Part shown: positions 41,834-47,270 of the stretch, one piece after another
How positions within the stretch are numbered: the stretch's first letter is position 1
Layout of the letters: every line of letters begins with the position of its first letter
NCBI GenBank assembly: GCA_038045965.1
Contig: JBBSXD010000001.1
Coordinates: forward strand, 103,474-150,743
Direction: 5' to 3'
DNA length: 47,270 bases
DNA from: Nanobdellota archaeon
GTDB lineage: Archaea; Nanobdellota; Nanobdellia; Pacearchaeales; GW2011-AR1
Notes under the pieces: model-generated
What the model was told of the DNA's origin: nothing
The model's database searches: none
What the model saw: the letters and a program-made list of their open reading frames with translations, nothing else
Position numbers and translations under genes: made by a program

Positions 41834-43615
41834 TTATAAAGATAAATATTTAATAGATTTTTTGTATTTTCTTAATTTATAGTTCTCACCAAGTTTTTTT
41901 TTTAAAACCAAATAAATAATTATAATTAAGATTAGAATAACTATTATAACAGCCCACCAACTTAAATTCGCTATTTTATTCTCTTCTTGAGGAACATTCT
42001 TTTCTTCTTTTCCTGATTCCTTTATTTCTTCTTTCCTTTCTTCAGCAGGAACTGCTTCATTCAAATACTCAATTGTCAAATCTGCTTTTCCATTCAGTAT
42101 ACTATTCAATTTAACATAAACATCATATATTTTATTGTTATCTAAATCAACTTTAGTACTTTGACCAACACTCAATTCAACTTTAACAGGATTACTTTCT
42201 ATCTCAACTACAACACTTTTTGTTTTAACTTCTCTTACTCCAACATAATGTATTTCATTATTTATCTTAATTTTAATTCTCTCCTTATCATCTAAAATTT
42301 GTACAATAGATTTTATTTTCTTTAAATCTCCACTCTTAGGTATAGTTTTAGTATAAAAACTGTTACTTGAACTTCCTCCACCCCCACCACCAGAACTAAT
42401 TCCTCCTTGTTCAACTGTATAACTTCCAGAAGCAGTTCCAGAATTTCCAGCCATATCTTTAAAGCTACAAGTTTCAGTAAATGTTCCAGTATTAGCTGTT
42501 GAAGGATTTGCAGTTATAGTTGTAGCACTTGTATTAATTCCAGAGACAGTTCCAGTACCATCAGTTGGAGAACAAGTACAAGTTACTGTGTCTCCAGAAT
42601 TAACAGTAGCAGGACTACAACTGACACTTCCAGTAGGAGCTTTATTATCTACAGTAACATTAGTTATAATCTTTGAATTATTTAGATTATTATATGAATC
42701 ATTTGCCCATATTGTTATATTATACTGCCCATCTGGAAATTGTGCGGTGTTTAAAGTAACATTCCAATAGATTTCATTCCAAGATTGACCAGTTACATTA
42801 CTTGCTATTAAAGTCCCATTTTGAGAGCCACTACTATTTGTAATATTAAAAAACACATGAGTTATATCTCTAGCATTACCCAATCCAGTTATATTACCAT
42901 TATCTTGCACAGAAACATTAATAACTATTGATCCAGATATATTCTCACCAGACCTATTAAGATCTACAACTGAAGAACTACTCCAAATTTCAACAGTATC
43001 TGGCTTTGTTGAATCATTTACTAAAATAGTTATATTTGTTCTATTTGAAGTAGCACTATTATTAAACTGATAGAATATAGAAAGATTATAAACTCCAGGA
43101 GTAGCTACTGAGAAATTAGCAACTAAATAAACTCCACTTGAAACATTACAACAACTAGCATTTGCAGCATTCATATTAACAGAACTCGTAAGATTTGTTC
43201 CATTCCAACTTAATATATGATGAACATTAGAAACACTTAAATTATAAAAATAAACTTGATTATAATTAGTGTCCTTTCCAGTACTATTTAATGTCGATTT
43301 GTTAGAATTAGATGGAAAAGCAAAATCAAAAGGAATTGTAACGTTAACATCAGTTAGATTTTCAGGACCACCATCAGCAGAATTATTTATAGTAAAATTA
43401 AAAACATATTGCGTATCTTCATTAATTGTAATTTTAAAAGGAGTGCCTCCTCCAAAAGTTACAGAGTAATTTGAGTTTGTATTATTTATTGAAGTATTAA
43501 GAGAAGGAAGAATTTGCATAGAATTAATCAACGGATAAAAACTTAAAATCAAGAAGACAAAAGCTAAAGCAACAAAAATTAAGATACCAATCTTAGCTTC
43601 CTTTTCCATTTTCAC
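41834..43615 (-). CDS. Large surface protein, extremely rich in N-glycosylation sequons, with C-terminal TM anchor
   Basis: 593 aa. N-terminal signal/anchor ('IGILIFVALAFVFLILSF'). More than 30 N-x-S/T sequons by eye in residues ~40-400. Cys-containing Ig-like module ('SVSCSPATVNSGDTVTCTCSPTD'). 'GGGGGGSSS' linker, a beta domain, a K/E stalk, a TM helix ('WWAVIIVILILIIIIYLVL') and a basic tail. Confidence 0.6.
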   Translation of the reverse strand: MKMEKEAKIGILIFVALAFVFLILSFYPLINSMQILPSLNTSINNTNSNYSVTFGGGTPFKITINEDTQYVFNFTINNSADGGPENLTDVNVTIPFDFAFPSNSNKSTLNSTGKDTNYNQVYFYNLSVSNVHHILSWNGTNLTSSVNMNAANASCCNVSSGVYLVANFSVATPGVYNLSIFYQFNNSATSNRTNITILVNDSTKPDTVEIWSSSSVVDLNRSGENISGSIVINVSVQDNGNITGLGNARDITHVFFNITNSSGSQNGTLIASNVTGQSWNEIYWNVTLNTAQFPDGQYNITIWANDSYNNLNNSKIITNVTVDNKAPTGSVSCSPATVNSGDTVTCTCSPTDGTGTVSGINTSATTITANPSTANTGTFTETCSFKDMAGNSGTASGSYTVEQGGISSGGGGGGSSSNSFYTKTIPKSGDLKKIKSIVQILDDKERIKIKINNEIHYVGVREVKTKSVVVEIESNPVKVELSVGQSTKVDLDNNKIYDVYVKLNSILNGKADLTIEYLNEAVPAEERKEEIKESGKEEKNVPQEENKIANLSWWAVIIVILILIIIIYLVLKKKLGENYKLRKYKKSIKYLSL

Positions 43616-43707
43616 ACTCTTTTTTATTAAACAAAATTTAATAGATAATTAGTTTTATTATTTTATTATATATAAATGTTTCTATCATATTTCAAAATAG
43701 AGATCAA

Positions 43708-44508
43708 TTAATAATAATCTCCTACTCCCAACTTTTTAAGTTCATCTTTATCTTTCTCAAATCTTTTTTTAGCTTCGACTAATTTTTTCTTTCTATTTTT
43801 TATTTCATCTAATTCTAATTTAGCTTCAGCCAATTTTCTTTCAGCATCAGCAATTTTTCTTTCATCACTATGAGAATATTTAATAACTTTATAATTATCA
43901 GAACTATTCCACATTCTTCTTCCAGTCTGAATAGCAAATATTAAAACAAAAATTCCAACAACAGCCCCTAAAATATAATAGACAATTTTTAAACTCGAAG
44001 AATCTTTAATCTCTTCAACACTTTTTCCAGTTGCCACAACAGAATCAGATTTCTCCACCTTTTTTTCTTCAATTTTTTCTTTTTGAGTTTCTTCTAAATT
44101 AGTTGTTTCATCTAAAATCTCTTCACTAGTTTTAACTTCTTCTACAACAGGTTTTTCAAAATTATCTACCAACATTTCGTCTTTATCCAATCCAGGTATA
44201 AAATTAATATAAATTATCTTATTCGTCAACAAACTATCAAAATTTCTATTTATTACAACTTCTCCATCTTTTTTTAAACTTAAAACTAAATCCATTTCAT
44301 CAAAATTAAATAATTCACTTGTAATAGAAATATCTCCATTAGCAGTATTAACATGCTGACTATCAACATTAGTTAATTTTCCAGGCTCTCTAAAAAAAGC
44401 TGAAACCCTATGATTTGGTAATGTTTGGATATTTAATTGAACAGCAAGAGCTATTGGACTAAGACTTAAGACTAAAACAACAAACATAAAAAATAAACCC
44501 TTTTTCAT
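43708..44508 (-). CDS. Type I membrane protein with small ectodomain, acidic stalk and cytoplasmic coiled coil
   Basis: 266 aa. Signal peptide ('FFMFVVLVLSLSPIALA'). About 100-aa beta-rich domain, E/K-rich linker, TM helix ('IVYYILGAVVGIFVLIFAI'), then 'ERKIADAERKLAEAKLELDEIKNRKKKLVEAKKRFEKDKDELKK'. Confidence 0.5.
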   Translation of the reverse strand: MKKGLFFMFVVLVLSLSPIALAVQLNIQTLPNHRVSAFFREPGKLTNVDSQHVNTANGDISITSELFNFDEMDLVLSLKKDGEVVINRNFDSLLTNKIIYINFIPGLDKDEMLVDNFEKPVVEEVKTSEEILDETTNLEETQKEKIEEKKVEKSDSVVATGKSVEEIKDSSSLKIVYYILGAVVGIFVLIFAIQTGRRMWNSSDNYKVIKYSHSDERKIADAERKLAEAKLELDEIKNRKKKLVEAKKRFEKDKDELKKLGVGDYY

Positions 44509-44706
44509 TTTACACCTCTTTAAAACTAATATTTTTTTATTTATAAACTTTTTTATTTTTAATAATATATCTTTTTTGCTATTACAAGAGAATTTTTATT
44601 GTTTCCTAAAAATATTCATAATTTTTATAAATATAAAACTTTTAAATATAAATATTATCAATAAACTCTTACACTCATTATTAAGAAAAAATATAAAATA
44701 ATTAAT

Positions 44707-45258
44707 TTAATTTTTACATACTTTTAATTCAGATTCAATTAACCCAAAACCAAAACTACTCACAGGAATAGGATGCTCACCACCAACGATAAAACTACAA
44801 TTATTAAAATTACCTTCATAAAAATTTAAAATTAAATTATTTTTGGTTTCTTTATCATCAGAAGCAAAATAAATATCTATATTATATCCTTTGTTCACTC
44901 CATTCTCATTCACATCTAAACTTTTACCCAAAATTTCTTTTAAGTTTATTTCTAATTGTTCACATACATTTTCTCCATTCAAACAATTTCTAGAGTTTCC
45001 AGATTTATCTTTATAGCATTCTTTAACTAAATCCTGAACATTTCTATATTGAGGAATGTAATTAATAGCACAACTTGTTGTTTGATACATACTAGCTTCT
45101 AATAAATTAGAAACTTCAACACTATTTTGTTTTTCAGTTTTAGGATTTCCTAAAGTTATTGATAAAAAAATAACTCCCACTATACTTACTATTAAAACTA
45201 TCAATACAAATCCAACTATCTCATGTTGTGCTTTTTTAATTTTGTTTTTCATTTTCAT
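44707..45258 (-). CDS. Pilin-like protein (class III signal-peptide-like N-terminus), Cys-rich ectodomain
   Basis: 183 aa. 'KNKIKKAQHEIVGFVLIVLIVSIVGVIFL' has a basic stretch, Ala-Gln, then a ~20-aa hydrophobic helix. 7 Cys downstream. Overlaps the upstream gene. Confidence 0.45.
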   Translation of the reverse strand: MKMKNKIKKAQHEIVGFVLIVLIVSIVGVIFLSITLGNPKTEKQNSVEVSNLLEASMYQTTSCAINYIPQYRNVQDLVKECYKDKSGNSRNCLNGENVCEQLEINLKEILGKSLDVNENGVNKGYNIDIYFASDDKETKNNLILNFYEGNFNNCSFIVGGEHPIPVSSFGFGLIESELKVCKN

Positions 45259-45844
45259 TAACTAATTTAGTTCCAGCAATTATTTTCACAATTTCACATT
45301 TATCGTAGGTATAATCATTTTCAAATTCTTTTCTGCACATTGTTGCAAAACTGCTTATAGCTCTTTCATTTTTCACCTTTTTATCATATATATAAAAAAC
45401 ATCACATTCAGGATAGTTCTCTTTTTTGCATTCTATAATTTCTTTTTCATTTTTATTAAATCCGCTAAATTTAATAACTTTTAAACTGCTGTAGGGCCAA
45501 AACTCTCCATAAATATTTTTTCCAACTAAATTAATTAGTTTATCTCCATCTATACAATTTGATTTAGAACCCACACAACTCATTTCAGGTGTATCCGCTA
45601 AACTAGTTAAAGAACTTAATGTTCTATCTTCAGCTATTTGAGAAGCAGTATCATGGATATTTGTATATACAATAGTAAGTATAAATAAACCTATTAAAAC
45701 AAAAAACAAAAAAACAGCTAATAACATAAATGCCATCTCTTGAATGCGGAGTTCAGCTTTCTTTAAGCATGAAGGTTCCAAAAATCTTTTAAGATTTTTT
45801 AGAATCTGGATTCTCAATTCATTTTTTTTATTTTCTATTTTCAT
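45236..45844 (-). CDS. Pilin-like / N-terminally anchored Cys-rich protein
   Basis: 202 aa. 'LKKAELRIQEMAFMLLAVFLFFVLIGLFILTIV'. 6 Cys including 'ECKKENYPECD', shared with ORF 37504-38100. ATGA overlap with the upstream gene. Confidence 0.4.
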   Translation of the reverse strand: MKIENKKNELRIQILKNLKRFLEPSCLKKAELRIQEMAFMLLAVFLFFVLIGLFILTIVYTNIHDTASQIAEDRTLSSLTSLADTPEMSCVGSKSNCIDGDKLINLVGKNIYGEFWPYSSLKVIKFSGFNKNEKEIIECKKENYPECDVFYIYDKKVKNERAISSFATMCRKEFENDYTYDKCEIVKIIAGTKLVNENEKQN

Positions 45845-46809
45845 TCAAAATCTCCATTATAATATAATTGACATCCACTTTTTGCATCTCTATTTATAGA
45901 ATTTATATCTTCAGCAGCTTCATATAATTCAATTAATCCTCTAGAATCTTCAATTTTCCCCAAAAGTTTTGATAGTTTATCACCTATATTCGATTTACAA
46001 TCTTTTCTTTCTATAATACTAATTTTATCCAGATATATTTTAGCTAATTCATCAAATTTTACTTTAATTCTTTTTATATTACATTCATAAGTTTCAGGAT
46101 CAGAAAATATCGCTCCATAAATTAATTCTCCAACATAATAAACTCTTTTACCATAACTTTTTTTAATAACATATTTTTCATCTTCAAAGATTTTAATTTC
46201 ACAATTAGCTTTACTTCCAAAACATATACTAATTCCCTTACATTTGCTAGTTTCATTGACAAATATTATATTTTTCATATTTAATCCTTCCAAATCTTCT
46301 TTAACATATTCTGGAGCATCATAAAAACAATAGTTTTGATCCTGACTAGTAACTATATTTAAATCAGTTATTTTAAACGGAATAAAAAGGGGTTTTGAAA
46401 AAGCATAAATTTTATCTCCCTCTACAACTCTATCAGAAAAAATATATTTATTTTTAATGCTTACTTCTTCTCCTTTTTCTCCATATACTTCACCAAAAGT
46501 TTGTTCAGAAAAACTTATCGTTTGTTTTCCAAAAGGCGGATTTAAATTTTCATTACACTCAAAAAATAGTTTTGATTTTTTTTTAAAATTAATTTCGTGG
46601 GCTTTTCCTGAAGCTAATCCTGTTTCAAGAGGATCAAATAAGCTAATTAAACTAGCTGCAGTCTCGCTGTAAATAACTTGCTCGCTTGTTCTAATAAATT
46701 TACCAGCAGAAAATATCGCTAAAAACAAAATAAATCCTCCTGCTAAAATAGCAAATATCCAATTAAAAGACATAGCTATCCCTTTATTATTAATTTTTTT
46801 TAAATTCAT
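45841..46809 (-). CDS. Pilin-like protein, large Cys-rich ectodomain
   Basis: 322 aa. 'KKINNKGIAMSFNWIFAILAGGFILFLAIFSAG' is close to archaeal prepilin leaders of the K-G / hydrophobic type. 10 Cys. TAATG overlap with the upstream gene. Confidence 0.5.
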   Translation of the reverse strand: MNLKKINNKGIAMSFNWIFAILAGGFILFLAIFSAGKFIRTSEQVIYSETAASLISLFDPLETGLASGKAHEINFKKKSKLFFECNENLNPPFGKQTISFSEQTFGEVYGEKGEEVSIKNKYIFSDRVVEGDKIYAFSKPLFIPFKITDLNIVTSQDQNYCFYDAPEYVKEDLEGLNMKNIIFVNETSKCKGISICFGSKANCEIKIFEDEKYVIKKSYGKRVYYVGELIYGAIFSDPETYECNIKRIKVKFDELAKIYLDKISIIERKDCKSNIGDKLSKLLGKIEDSRGLIELYEAAEDINSINRDAKSGCQLYYNGDFE

Positions 46810-47270
46810 TATTTTATAATATTCACTAATCTATCATTTAGATCTTTTTCAATATTTATAACAATCTTTCCATTTTCAATATTAATACAATTTGGATTAT
46901 CAATTTTTGTAATTCTTTCTATATCTAAATGATTAATTTGATTAAAAGGCATTTCACAAGCTTTGTTAACAGGATAAAAAAAAGTATTTGCTATTCTTCC
47001 TTCATATAATGAAATATCATAACCTTGTTTTTCAAATTTTCCTTTAATGCTATTTGATAAATTAGCAAAACAAACATAATCAATAACCCCTGGTAAGTTT
47101 CCTTTAAATTCTCCACTAAAACTTTGAGAATTCCAAGTTTTCTTTACTTCGCTGTCAAATCTATCTATAAAAATTCCCAATTCTACACATTTCTTAGTAT
47201 CTAAAAAAGATTTAATTACAATTCCAGCTACTACTATAAAAAATACTATTAATATAATTGAAAATATAAC
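46809..47270 (-). CDS. Pilin-like protein, 5'-partial (runs off window end)
   Basis: The frame is open from 47270 with no stop. The track's TTG start at 47180 is probably internal. The upstream in-frame translation 'VIFSIILIVFFIVVAGIVIKSFLDTKKC' is an N-terminal hydrophobic helix like its three downstream neighbours. 4 Cys. Confidence 0.45.
   Translation of the reverse strand, partial: VIFSIILIVFFIVVAGIVIKSFLDTKKCVELGIFIDRFDSEVKKTWNSQSFSGEFKGNLPGVIDYVCFANLSNSIKGKFEKQGYDISLYEGRIANTFFYPVNKACEMPFNQINHLDIERITKIDNPNCINIENGKIVINIEKDLNDRLVNIIK

Overview
This is a very AT-rich, tightly packed archaeal fragment. By eye it is well above 65% A+T, and almost all genes abut or overlap by 1-4 nt. Gene content and style suggest a small-genome DPANN-type archaeon (Pace-/Woesearchaeota-like), but that taxonomic call is an inference.

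There are three parts.

(1) 1-17.1 kb, minus strand: the archaeal ribosomal-protein superoperon (uL3 to uL15, SecY, a DUF106 insertase-like gene). The order is non-canonical. The uS3-uL29-aSUI1 block sits between uS5 and uL30 instead of after uL22. A perfect 61-bp tandem repeat marks the junction. Two orphan ORFs are translationally coupled inside the operon.

(2) 17-33 kb: housekeeping genes. These are AMP phosphorylase, a CPA2/RCK antiporter, the uL1-uL10(P0)-P1 operon, an M50 site-2 protease, eL40, aIF5A, an FKBP isomerase, FtsZ, SecE, Spt5, uL11, tRNA-Pro(UGG), eL43, RpoP, prefoldin beta and SepF. Four features (SecE, RpoP, eL40, the tRNA) are not in the supplied ORF track and were read directly from the sequence.

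(3) 33.5-47.3 kb: a cell-envelope island. It holds a CARDB-like surface protein next to an archaeosortase-family protein, DedA, and two paralogous membrane-anchored Cys-containing proteins. It also holds a Methanococcales-style S-layer protein gene, a divergent wHTH regulator and a surface protein with more than 30 N-glycosylation sequons. It ends in a translationally coupled run of four genes with pilin-like (class III signal-peptide-like) N-termini that runs off the window end.

The envelope island, especially the pilin-like operon plus adhesin-like genes, and the orphan ORFs embedded in the ribosomal operon are the best candidates for undescribed biology. I saw no rRNA, CRISPR array, transposase or integrase. 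All homology calls come from motif recognition by eye, not from searches.
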